Source: Podarcis melisellensis
Lineage: Eukaryota
Length of the DNA stretch: 64,000 nucleotides
Direction: 5' to 3' (one strand)
NCBI GenBank assembly: GCA_964234715.1
Contig: OZ174278.1
Shown here: positions 49,682 to 61,543 of the stretch, one piece after another
Numbering within the stretch: position 1 is the first letter of the stretch
Layout of the letters: the number at the start of each line of letters is the position of its first letter
Translations under genes and position numbers: made by a program
The notes under the pieces: model-generated
The model's database searches: none
What the model was told of the DNA's origin: nothing
Seen by the model: only the letters and a program-made list of their open reading frames with translations

Positions 49682-51123
49682 GTCTAAGGTATTATGCCTA
49701 TAGTTATACAAATTAATTATGGAATAAATACTTAGCAGTTCAGTTATCTAATATTGTTTCCATCTGTGCTACAATAAGCTACTTTGTTATTCCATATCAT
49801 ATTAAACTGTCAGAACAACCCTGAAAATGTGAAGTCATTTTTCACACTTACTTCACAGAATGTGCAGTTTCCCCCTCGCCCCTGCAGCACACCCACCAGA
49901 ATTCACAAGACTAAAACCTGTCTGCTGTAAAACATAGGTACAAAGGTTTTCCCTTTGAATCTGAAGCCTAGCTGAAAGTTTCCTTTTGATCTCTAACAAC
50001 TGCCAAGCACCTTCTGCTTCCTTCAGCCTATTGAACTTTAGGAGAAAATGTGAGTTAACCTAAAACTTGTCTAGATTAACTGGTATGGGGAAATGGAAAG
50101 GAGTAATTACACTGAATGCAAGACAGATGACAGAGAAGTATGGGGTATCTGTTAAACCATACTTTTCTCCAGGAAGAGATTCTCCACCACTTCTAATTTC
50201 AAGTGTTGAAGCTACTATTAACGCCCCAGAATTAACTGCTTTTATGTTAAGAGGATCTTAATGACATTTATTTTATCATTTTATTTATGTTAGGACCAAT
50301 TGCTGTGCTGGACTCTGGTTACAACTGCATTTGTGAAGAAATGATACTTATTATTTACCAAAACATGCTTAGTCTGAAGCCCTGGAAAATGTTGTCTGAT
50401 CTATATATACAGCAGATTGCTATGAGCCTGTAACTCTCTTCACTGGCAGTGACCTGGTCTGCATCTCATATTAAACCATAGTTAAAATAAAGTATGATTT
50501 AAGGCAAACAAACAGTGTGATGGTGCATGCCAGTGAAATCATAGGCGTTATATGCTTGTCCTGGTCCTGCTATGCTGTCAGGAAACAAGCCATGATCTGG
50601 CTTGCCCTGTCATTCAAACCCAGGCATGGGGTTTGTTTTCTAATCTTGTAATCCAAATGGGGAAAGTTTTGAAAATCACCCCCCACTGCCTGAATAAAAA
50701 GTTCACATGGGTGGGAATACTTCTAAACATAACTGGTCAGGCTGATACATCTTATTTTCCCTTTTGTTACATTTTCACAATAAAAATCCTTTAATACATC
50801 TAATTTACTGCACTCAAAATATACTTTCTAAAACATAGATCAATTTTTTTTATCAGTGTATTATGACAGATGGCGTGATTGATTTGGACATGAGTCACTC
50901 AGGTTAATCAGATCTTTGACTAACCAGTATTTTATAAAGTTGTGAGGATAAATTAGATGAAAACAGTGGGGAACTTCTGCAATATGTACCAAGCATTTCC
51001 AAAACAACAAGGCTCACTATCTCACACAAATGCCAATACCAGACACAGTTGGCAAAGTTTAGAAAACCAGCTCAATTATATATGATTTATTTACATCAAA
51101 CTTTTTTTAAAAAAGATTTTTAC

Positions 51124-51267
51124 CTGCAAGATTGTCAATCTCCTTCTCTTGGAGCAAGCTGACAGCATCATCATCTCCTTCCAGCATGAGCTCAGTTTCA
51201 GCATTCTGATTGACAACAGCTTGGCTTCGGAAGGTTTTCTTTGATTTCACGACGTCTTCCTCAGTGC
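51124..51267 (-). CDS. NBEA: Neurobeachin internal coding exon (144 nt, phase 1-1), immediately upstream of the PH-domain exon
   Basis: Minus strand reads tttttatag|GC ACT GAG...CTT GCA G|gtaaaa, encoding (G)TEEDVVKSKKTFRSQAVVNQNAETELMLEGDDDAVSLLQEKEIDNLA(G). The split codon G+GC rebuilds NLAGPVVL as in NBEA. Not in the ORF track. Confidence 0.95.
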
Positions 51268-51350
51268 CTATAAAAATGGTTACAAAATTTTAGAATTCTG
51301 TTAGGTCTTTAGATTAGTCTCAACAACCTGTTTTCCAATACAAAGCAAAT

Positions 51351-51544
51351 TAGGCTTGTCATATGTCAGGAAAATTCCTGACATGCCCTGGTTTTTGGAT
51401 GTATGGCAATGTGATAGAAAAAGCAGTGAAAACAGCTCCAAAAGGTTCCCCCCAAAAGCTCAACAATTTTGGGGTCTTCCTAAAAAAAGCTAAACAACAA
51501 CTTTGAGTGTCAGGGATTTTACTTTTTGAAATATGGCAACCCTA
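51351..51544. mobile_element. Old hAT-type MITE
   Basis: Termini TAGGCTTGTCATAT and ATATGGCAACCCTA (12/14 inverted match). Confidence 0.6.
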
Positions 51545-54500
51545 AACAGATGGAATCTATACACTGATACAAATATCAATTATCAAAAATACACTTCAAA
51601 ACAGCCTTTCAAGAACTTTTAATGCATGGGGATGTGTGCTCTTAGAGAACAAAGGCATGGTAGTAAACTTCAAAACAGAAGGCTGGGCTCCAACTTGTTT
51701 TTAACTAGCTTGTCATTGCTGGCAGTAATCCTCTCACATCAATCTGACAATGCATTGTAGCAGAAAGGTACCGTACTAGACGCGCAGGTGAATGTGGCAA
51801 ATGTGCTGATTAATGATGTAGACAAATCTTTCTGAAATCAGTTTTGTTTTACAGTATTAAACATACATTTATCTGAAAGACATATAAAACTAGCCTGCTT
51901 TGATTTGATAGAAGCTTGTTGGCTTGGCTGTTCTTTAAATTTATCACTCAGTTGAGTATACCTCAGTTTGCCACAATATACCAGGCATTTATCTAAATGA
52001 AAGTGTAGGAGACCGAAAGTTGCCCTTCAATCACTGTATCCTTTATGAATTAGAGTTCCATTTATCAAAATTACAGAAAGAAGAGGTAATGTCTCAGAAG
52101 GCTGTCTCATTACAAGGCTTATAAACACCGCCCTTACAAAGAAGTGGTTTAACACCTAACAAATCAAAAATTGATTGGGAATAGAATTTATTTGAGATAA
52201 TCTATCTTCGGAAGACATGCCGTACTGAGTGCACTTCTTGGCCTCAGTGCCCATTCATCAAGAAATTAACAAGCAAGTTCCACAGACCACCAGACCTCCT
52301 TGGATTCTGAAGTACGAAATATGTTAAAAACAGATCTGTCACAGATGTTCTAATTGCATACTCCTGAAGGTTTTTTGTTTCCTTAAAGGATCTCAAAAGA
52401 AAAGATACAAGCTGATTATTTCTAATTTCTCTATAGAAGTGCACTGACAAGGTTGCAAATATGCATTTGGAATCAAACTGTACTTAGTATTGTTAGCATT
52501 TCTAAAATATAATAAAAATAATTTTATTTATTCTAAAATAATACAAATACTAGGGAAACATCTAGACAGTGCAATCTATCAAGGACCGGGGAGCTGCAGA
52601 GTGGCAGATTCCAAAGCCCAGTCAGCTGCAGCCAGCCAAGGCAGAAGAGGTGTGTGAGTGAGAGAGGGAATCTTTCCTTTTTTGCTGCACCATCTGGGGT
52701 CCTCAGGAGATTTGTGGAGCTTTGGATCTCATACACACAAAGGCTCTGCCATTCCGCCCTGACATGCCACATTTGAGGTCTTCAGCAGTGGGGTCTTTTA
52801 TCAGCAGTGGGAGAAGAAGTGTCAGTAGCTTTCTGTCTGCTAGGGCATTGCTTGGTTCTTCTGCCATGGCAGAGTCCTGCCCTGCTAGTGAAGAGGGGCC
52901 TACGTACTATCCTAAACTCATTCTAAAGACATTACCATCGTGGGGTCAGGACAACAACTTAAGTATGCTTATTTAACATGTTTCATTAGAGGTAAAAATA
53001 TGAAAGCAATTTAAAAATCTCTTCCTTGTAGCTTTTACAAGCTGCCAGCTTCGACAAAGATAGTATCTGAAGATAAGGAAGCTACGAGAAAAGATCCAGA
53101 AAAATGGCTAGGAATGTTTTTCTTGATTATCCTGGATTTTTTTTGTCCTTTCACTATGATTCGTAAGACAAGGTGACGATCCAGAATGCAACCCTGTTGA
53201 TAGTATGAGAATCCAGTCTCTAGGTTATATCACAAAGTGCTTTTGCGAGTATCCTTTGTTTCAAAAGCTGCTATGAGAAACAGGAGTTATTGTTTGAGGG
53301 ACAATAAGGTCCCTTAGACCTGTAGACCGAGTTGTGTGGGTCTTTGGATCCAGACCATGGGCTACAAGCTAACAAGGTATCTTTTGGACACATAAGTGAC
53401 AATGCACAAACTAGGGTCCCCCCCATTTCCTTACTTAAGGGTATGCCCCACTGCATGCAACAGGACTTACTCCTGAATTGGCATGGTTAAATTTGCACTG
53501 CAAGGAATATGCAAAAGAGGAGAAAAGCAGGTCCCTCATACTGATTTTTACTCTCTGTTTGGTTCACCTAAATGATTACAGATGCCAGGTTCCTTGCAGT
53601 TTATTCTAGCCTTAAAACTTTGACCTGTGTACCTGTATTTAGGACCTTACGTAAGGACACTGGTTTCCTGTTTGAAACCTGAACTGGATAAAAATCTACA
53701 AATCACTTTCTCTAGTATATTGACAAGTAAGTATATGGGCCTAGTGCAGAATAAAGCAGCTCTGGCTTTGTTTTTTGGTTGTAAGTGCATAATTTAAATG
53801 GCTGAAATAATAAATGTTTTCCTAAGATGCTTACATCTGACAGAGCACTTGTGATGCTACCAAAGCCACAATTAAAAATGAAGGATGGTATTCAGTTAAG
53901 TTTTACTCAAACTAGATGTACTGAAATGAATGAACATCACTAAGCTAGGTCTACTCTGAGTAGAATCTAGCTAAAAGTTCTATGGCATGATAAAGGAATT
54001 GGAATTTACTAGTCTCTTGTTTTACTAACATTTTATTTGCGGAAAACCACTAAGTAAATAACCACAGAAGAAACAAATGTTGAAATCTTGAATAAAAGAA
54101 ATATGGGAAATATCATTCTAGACTATAACTCAGAATATACGGTAATGTCTGAGGAAATGAGAAAAATAAAGGACAAATATACAAGGAGTGCTGCAAACCA
54201 TGTTAGACTTAAACATACTATTTTTTCTAGGATATATTAAACAGGGTTCAGTATCATTAGTCTTCTGCAAAACATGACTGAGATAATATTCCCCCCAAAA
54301 GGTTTTTATTAACTAGGTCAGCCACACTCTTGATCCGAGACTAAATTTTACCTGTGACAAGTAGATCCCACAGTTCTTCATACCAGTTTCTAATTTTGGA
54401 GGTACTGATACATTTCTATGCCTTTGCTGCCTGAAATTTAGCTGCAGTAAGTAACTGGGTAACTGAGTCAATTAATTATCTCTGAAACAAAGACACTGAC

Positions 54501-55980
54501 GAGCCCTATCCATGGATCAAAAAGAATGGTATATCACTTTTGATATGAGCCAGAATCTCCCTTCAGAATTTTAATAGTTTGGGGCATTTTTGGACTATAC
54601 TATGTATAGAGATACGTTCAAACCTGACCACAGTCCTATCAAGGCAAATTTGAACAACTCTAATGTAAATGGCTCAGTCTGCTCGGTGGGAGATACCATC
54701 TAGTAAATAACATATAGGTGCCTCCTTTGTGTTTAGCAAGGGAAATGTGAGCACTACTCTTTTCTTTTTAAAGGGTGTATGAAATTGCAGTTAAGAGTTT
54801 AAAAGTTTAATACTTCTCACTGAAACACAAATTCTACTCAAGGAATCACCTGAAACCAGTATATATTATGAGCAGATAGACCAAGGTACAGACCTGCATT
54901 AATCCAGATTCCATCAAATCAAAGGGAATGGGGCCTCTGATTCAGTGGAATAAGGAGTGCACTCATTATAAAGAATATTTTCTCTCTTTAAAGTACAATG
55001 AAACAGCAAGAAGCATGAAATATAATGACAGAGAGCCTTTTGAAAACGGTATTTGGCATGTCAACATTTATTTTGATAACATCCATATTTTCCTCTCAAA
55101 TTTCATTTAAACTTGTAAATTCTCATTTGGATTCTTCAGGTCACAGCTGGTACTAGGTATGCAAGCTAAGCTTCAAAGATAACCTGCTGTGTCCATGCTT
55201 ACAAGAAGTCAGTTCAAGGCTACTTGAATAAATGTAGACTCATAACGTGGCTGATTTCAGACATGGGTAGACTTTCTGAGAGGCAGAAGCAAAAAAAATA
55301 CAAATACAAAATTCAAACCAAGCACATAACTCAGTTCAAACAAACCACTCAACATCATCACTCATTAACATCCATTCAACTTTTAAGGTCACTAATTTCA
55401 TTTTAAAAAGAGAGTGGAAATAAAAGTAAAGTTTGCTTAGAGGCCATGATACAAGCCAAGGGAGAGTCCTGCATCTTTCAGAGTTCATTCCACAGCTTAC
55501 TTCAGTGAATTATAGATAAGGCAATTTATGCAGAGAGTTCTCTTTCATCTTTGAAGAGGGCTGGCAGAATGGAAAGTTAACTCATTTTAGTGTTACCTAA
55601 ATGTACTGACAGGAAATTCTAATGTTTCCAAACATCTGGAAATCAGCTTCATGGGATGGTGATTTCTTTTCTTAAAGAATGCCTTTTCATATACCGTCTT
55701 TTACAGCTTTATGTGGCTCCTAAAAGAGTGTTTTGACATAACTAAAGTCTGTCTGCTTCACAATAAAATGCTGCATTTAATTTAAAAAATCTTTTACAGA
55801 ATAAAGATGTTTTTGTGAAGTTCTACTCTCTTGGACACTTATACGACGTTTCTTATTTCTTATTAAAGCATCTTAGCCTGTGTTGCTTTTTAGCATAACG
55901 TCCCTGTTTCAGTTTATAGTCAAGGGTACTAATGAATTAACTCTTAAGAGATAACACATTTCATTACCTCAGGTATTTGC

Positions 55981-56015
55981 GGCTCTGTGGCGCAATGGGT
56001 AGCGCATTGGACTTC
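55981..56015 (+). pseudogene. Retroposed 5' half of tRNA-Arg(TCT)
   Basis: GGCTCTGTGGCGCAATGGGTAGCGCATTGGACTTC matches the 5' half of vertebrate tRNA-Arg(TCT) (acceptor 5' strand, GCGC/GCGC D-stem, anticodon stem) and stops within the anticodon. There is no T-arm or B box. It is flanked by direct repeats 55960-55976 and 56013-56029. Confidence 0.85.
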
Positions 56016-56329
56016 ATTACCTTAGGTATGAAATGAGAGCAAGAAAACGTACACATTTGGCATGTCTCCCTTCTTTAATATTGTAAAAGTAAAACTGTGT
56101 CAGGCAGTAAACAATTTAAAAGATGCAATCATGAGAATGCAAAGTTCCGGCAGGCACCAACTTGCAGATCTAGCAGCAGGGCTCAGGGCAACGTTTTGGA
56201 AGAATCAGGGCAGGTCACACACCAAGAAACTGCTGGACTGGTTATTGCTGTATAGCACCTCCCTAATAATGGCCAGAAGGTGTACTGCAGTGTGTAAGCC
56301 CAGTTGAGAATCCTGGTTTGGTTTGGCTT

Positions 56330-56532
56330 NNNNNNNNNNNNNNNNNNNNNNNNNNNNNNNNNNNNNNNNNNNNNNNNNNNNNNNNNNNNNNNNNNNNNNN
56401 NNNNNNNNNNNNNNNNNNNNNNNNNNNNNNNNNNNNNNNNNNNNNNNNNNNNNNNNNNNNNNNNNNNNNNNNNNNNNNNNNNNNNNNNNNNNNNNNNNNN
56501 NNNNNNNNNNNNNNNNNNNNNNNNNNNNNNNN
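56330..56532. other. Assembly gap
   Basis: Run of N where the SINE's simple-repeat tail would lie. Confidence 0.99.
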
Positions 56533-56757
56533 CCGCTTTATCACTACCCTAAAGAGTCTCAAAGCGGCTAACAATCTCCTTTTCCCTTCCTCCCCCACAA
56601 CAAACACTCTGTGAGGTGAGTGAGGCTGAGAGACTTCAGAGAAGTGTGACTGGCCCAAGGTCACCCAGCAATTGCATGTGGAGGAGCAGGGAAGCAAACC
56701 CGGTTCACCAGATTATGAGTCCACCACTCTTAACCACTATACCACACTGGCTCTCAG
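56533..56757 (-). mobile_element. Second copy of the same SINE, tail lost in an assembly gap
   Basis: Shares GAGTCTCAAAGCGGCTAACA, CAACAAACACTCTGTGAGGTGAG and CCCAAGGTCACCCAG with 16318-16582. Confidence 0.85.
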
Positions 56758-56959
56758 CTAGTGTAGTAGCTGTACAGACTCCCCAAAACTAATGTTTTGT
56801 TGCTTGAATATCAGCTTTGCCTCACCTCACCAGAGGCCTACTTGAATCTTCCCTACCATTTTGTCTTGCTGAAAGTCTTACCTGAATGTTTACTGAACTA
56901 CTGGAACAGGTTCATAGTCTCCTAGATCAATCACTAGCACTAGAGACTTCAGTGGCTAG

Positions 56960-57180
56960 GAGTGCCTTTTACCACCTTTGGCTGGTAGGACAGCCACAGC
57001 CATTTTTGGGCTAGGATAGCCTGACGAATGCCATCCATTTGCTGGTAACCTCCAAATTAGATTACCATAATGTGCTCTGAGTGAGACTGCCCTTGCAGTT
57101 GGTGCAAAACGTAGTGGTTTGACTATTCACTGCAGTGGGATATTGCTACCATTATCAGTTGCTAACTGCATTGGATTTGA
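56960..57180 (+). mobile_element. Old L2-type LINE fragment
   Basis: Remnant IHLLVTSKLDYHNVL...LQLVQN resembles the L2 ORF2 C-terminal motif. Confidence 0.55.
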
Positions 57181-60100
57181 AATTCAAATTATATATATAA
57201 AATTAATTGTTTTTATACAGGGTTTTTTTAATTGTTTGCATATATGTAACTGTTTTAAATATACTTTTAATTTATTGTGAAATTATGTCAAGATAGGAAG
57301 CAATAACAAAAGATAGGAAGCAATAACAAAAGAAAGTATAATAGTAGTAGTTATAATTCATACAGGAATTATGCCCATAAGCATAAGATCCCTCAACAGA
57401 ATCTCATCTCTTAATGAATTGTTAAGAGTTCCATAATTTTCCAGAGTTGAAAAAGAATTCTAAAAAATCCCAAAAACTAGGGAGAAAAGGATTAAGAGGA
57501 GAAATAGCAGGTGACCTATATTTGAAATAAATAAATTTCTAAGCTCTGTATAAAAAATAAACTACAGAGATGATATAGGTACAATCTAAAGTTAAAAACA
57601 GATAGATTTAGAGCACAACCAACAATTCTAATAGGAAATATTTGATTCTACTAATTGTGAGGAGAATTCATTTTTTGCCCTGCTTTCCAATAAACATGCC
57701 AAACACTGGTGGTTATTTTCATTTTGAGAGGTGTTGTACTTAAGAAAATTCAGTACTGTAATGCTGGAACAGAGCAATGACATCTGACCTTGTAAGCAGC
57801 ATTTGTCAATGAAAATCTCATAAGGGATATGTCCACATAATTTAACCCATATTGTACATACCTTTCATTAGTTAACATAATGTCTTAAGTTGCAGACATT
57901 CATTATATAGCAAAGGCTAGCAAATAAGGAGGTGATTACTTGTGATTTAATGATCTTATATTACAAAATATTGAAAATGAGAAAATAATGACAAGTAGCA
58001 AAAACTACATTAATAATAATTATGCTTGAATACAGTTTACAAAGAATAGTCATAACTGAGTTATTTTCCCAAATATAACAAATAGCTACTGCTCAGTAGC
58101 AAAGGACATCAAGGACACTTGCAAGAAAGAATTGGATCAATATTAACGTGATTTTCATTTCATGCTTCCCCAACTCCAGTAAGCTGACAATACACTCTGA
58201 TTATGTGAACTGCCTGTGAGTAACATAGAAAAGGTTATTAGAGCAAGAGGTGGAAATGGAATGCACTTTTTATATTGACAGATTTGCTAATAGAGTGTAC
58301 TGACTTTCAAAAGCCAAGCAATGCGTTTTTCACAATTTGCTTTTCCAAATACACCCTACCTACCTTCTAATAGTAGTTCAAAAATATATTTTTAAAAGAA
58401 GACATATTTTATATTTATATAAAAGATAGCTTTTATTGATAGGAAAGTTATTTATAAAATAGACCAAGAGAAAAAATGCAATTAAAAAAGCTAAAATGTG
58501 TTCTTGAATTTGCAATATGACATGAACACTTGTAATGTGATTGTATACTATGGAAGTGCAAGATAATGTAAGAATACTCTTAAGAGAAGGTAGATAATTA
58601 TTTTGAAATAGAATATAATAAAACTTGCCTTAGAGGTTACACATAAATGATAAGTATAGAATCTTCTAGTAGGGTTAAATTTAACAAGCAAAAGTTAAAC
58701 AAAACTAACTAACTAAGGTTCCAAACCTGATAATTAAAATGCCCCCCATCAATGCTTCTTGCCACTTGAGAATTAAATACAACTTGGGTTTCCTTCATTG
58801 AAAAAAAAATGAAATTATAGAATGAATCTGAAAGGTTGCTGCTAAGTCCAGGGAAGTAAAGGAATTCATTCACAGGACTGGAGATGAAACCTCTGAAAAG
58901 CTCCACATGTAAATTTTGATTCTGTATTTAAATTGGCAGTCACAAGAGTATAAATGAGTATAAATCATTTTATCTTTAGAGGGGAAATTCTAAGAGTAGA
59001 CAAAATATTCTATACCTCACGAGGTCATTCACCACACATAACAAAGCAAAAGTCTCCAAAGCAATTAAAAAAAAAATCCTCACAAAATGGTGGCAGAATG
59101 GGACACTGTGGTGCACATAGCTATCTTGTCAAAAGAAAAACCCAACAGGTACCTATCACACCTGAACAGCAGCAGTCCTCATAAAAATCATAGCAGTCAA
59201 TTAATGAACATTTGGGGGCATTTCCCCACATTCACAGGACTGTGCTTGGAAAGTGCAATATTCTCACAAGAGAACAGCAACCTCAAAACAAGACACACTG
59301 TGCATGGGAAATTATTAACAAATCTGTACTGTACTAAAAAAGATGAACATGCATCAATGCAATGAAATAAATTTTGGATAGCAAAAATGCAGGGTGAAAA
59401 TGGAAAAGTTGATTGATAAATGAACCAAAAGCAGCAAAAAAAGAAAGAAAGAAAGAAAAGGAAGAAAATCTGGGGAAGACAATGCTCTTTAAGTAAAACG
59501 GAATGGTTTACATGCCTGTCTTACATTGCTTCCTCTGAGATCATCACATTTAGACTGAAGAACAGAGAAGAGTTATTTGATGACATCTGGAAGCCCTTTA
59601 CCACTGAATACACATTTTAAAAGAGCTCGTCACTGTAATATCTAGATTAGTATCTACATAATCTCTGTGCATGAAGTGGATGCCACTCCATAAAAGTTCC
59701 AGAAATATATTCTCATCTTGTACTTATATAGAAGTAAAAGCTCAGCATAAAAATGAACAAAGAATGTTATGCTACGTGCTATGCTTTGTGCAGCGTTACA
59801 TTTGAAAATATTATTTTCAAAAGACACCGAAAATGAAAGTAGCTTTCCCCCCTGGTAGGGGAAAAAAATGCATGATTCACTAGTAAGAAACTGTAGTACA
59901 CATGCACAGATGGGAATGCTTAGCCATTTTAGAAGGAATGATTATCAAAGCAGTTATTTCCCCCCACTTTATCTTGTAGCATTCTTTTATGAACATTCCT
60001 AATTCAAATTGTAAGTCACAAGACTAAAAAGGCATGAGCAAATGATAAGTTGAAATCAAAGAGAGATTGCGACATTCTGTTTGCAATGGAAATCCATGTG

Positions 60101-61263
60101 TGCACAACCAATTTCTCTTCACAAATAGGAACACATGCATAGGATGCTGGGTGGTATAGATTTATGCTCCTTTAAACTAGGCACTAAATTCTATAGCTAA
60201 ATGGCATAGATTCAGCTTGAAGCTGGTCATTGTTATCCCCCCACCCCAAACAGATCCATACAACAGATCAAGACAGTGCCATGCCCTATTCTTTGCTTCA
60301 AGCCTGCATATCAACCATTTCTATTTCCCAGTGACTATCTGCTCCCCTACATACGATTTTCCCCACCCTTCCAGATCTTTGGGGAAAGCCCTGGTCTGCC
60401 ACCACCTTTGGAAATTATGAGGAGTAGAACTTTTGCTGCTGTGACATCATAGTATAAATGGCTTCAGTCATACATATATTAGGGGCCACCTTTATTTTCA
60501 TCACCACTGTTGAGACAACTCAATAGTGCTTTCTTGATTATACACCATCCACATACCAAGTAAAGATATGTTATTGGAAGCTGATCCAGAGTTTATGAAA
60601 CTCCTATGCCAAAGTACATACATGAGACCTTCATATATCCACAATTTACAACACAACCATCTGAGAGAATACACAGAATCACGAGCACTTATATCCACGT
60701 GGCAAGTAGAAATTAGTGAGCTTTCAGAAGGTCTTCTTGTATGAACATGGAATTTTGCTGCCCCAAATGATACATGCTCAAGTAATTGTATTGAGCCAAT
60801 CTGAGGGCCATTGTCAGGAACCTCCTTACTTACCCAAGGGGTATTTGTATTTAGTTCCTAAGGGGATTGGTGTGTGTGTGTGTGTGTGTTGTGGAGCAAA
60901 TCTAGGGCTGGAGACCAAAAGCCAGATGTCTGTGGATAGCCCCACTGAGGATCAAGGGAGTCAGGTCTCTCTCCCTGCAGTATTTCTCCTCTCACACACA
61001 ATCCCAGTGCTGCTTCACACTGAATTAATTGCATTGGAACAGAAGAAATTAACACGGCGGGTTCCTTTGCTAAGTGCTAGTATCTGGAAGGCTCCGAAAA
61101 GGAAGCTTACAGATTGGAAGGCTCAAATCCAGTTTGGACTCAGGTCCAAGTCAAGCTCAGCTGAACTCTCACATAATCCCTATTGGCAAGGAAATTATAC
61201 AAGCAGCTCTCTGCACAGTTCACGGTCATTTTGACCTTGCTAGATTGCATAAACTGCTTAGAA

Positions 61264-61399
61264 CAATGTTTCCCAACCTTGGGTCTCCAGCTGTTTTTGG
61301 ACTACAACTCCCATCATCCCTAGCTAGCAAGACCAATGGTCAGGGATGATAGGAATTGTAGTCTGAAAACAGCTGGAGACTGAAGGTTGGGAAACACTG
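61264..61399. mobile_element. 136-bp hAT MITE, same family, opposite orientation
   Basis: TSD GCTTAGAA at 61256-61263 and 61400-61407. Older relatives at ~23425-23495 and ~38670-38775. Confidence 0.9.
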
Positions 61400-61472
61400 G
61401 CTTAGAACACTAACAGTTGTACTGTTAACAAACCACTGTACTCTGGGGACTGTGTCGTAATTTGAAACATTC

Positions 61473-61474
<2 letters not shown>

Positions 61475-61540
<66 letters not shown>
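61475..61540. repeat. Compound (CT)n(CA)n microsatellite
   Basis: Read directly from the sequence. Confidence 0.95.

Positions 61541-61543
<3 letters not shown>

Noticed and set aside
57290-57333. Short tandem duplications (also ~10875-10912 and ~37458-37491) as CRISPR-like arrays
   Set aside because: Two adjacent copies with no spacers, consistent with replication slippage in a eukaryotic intron.
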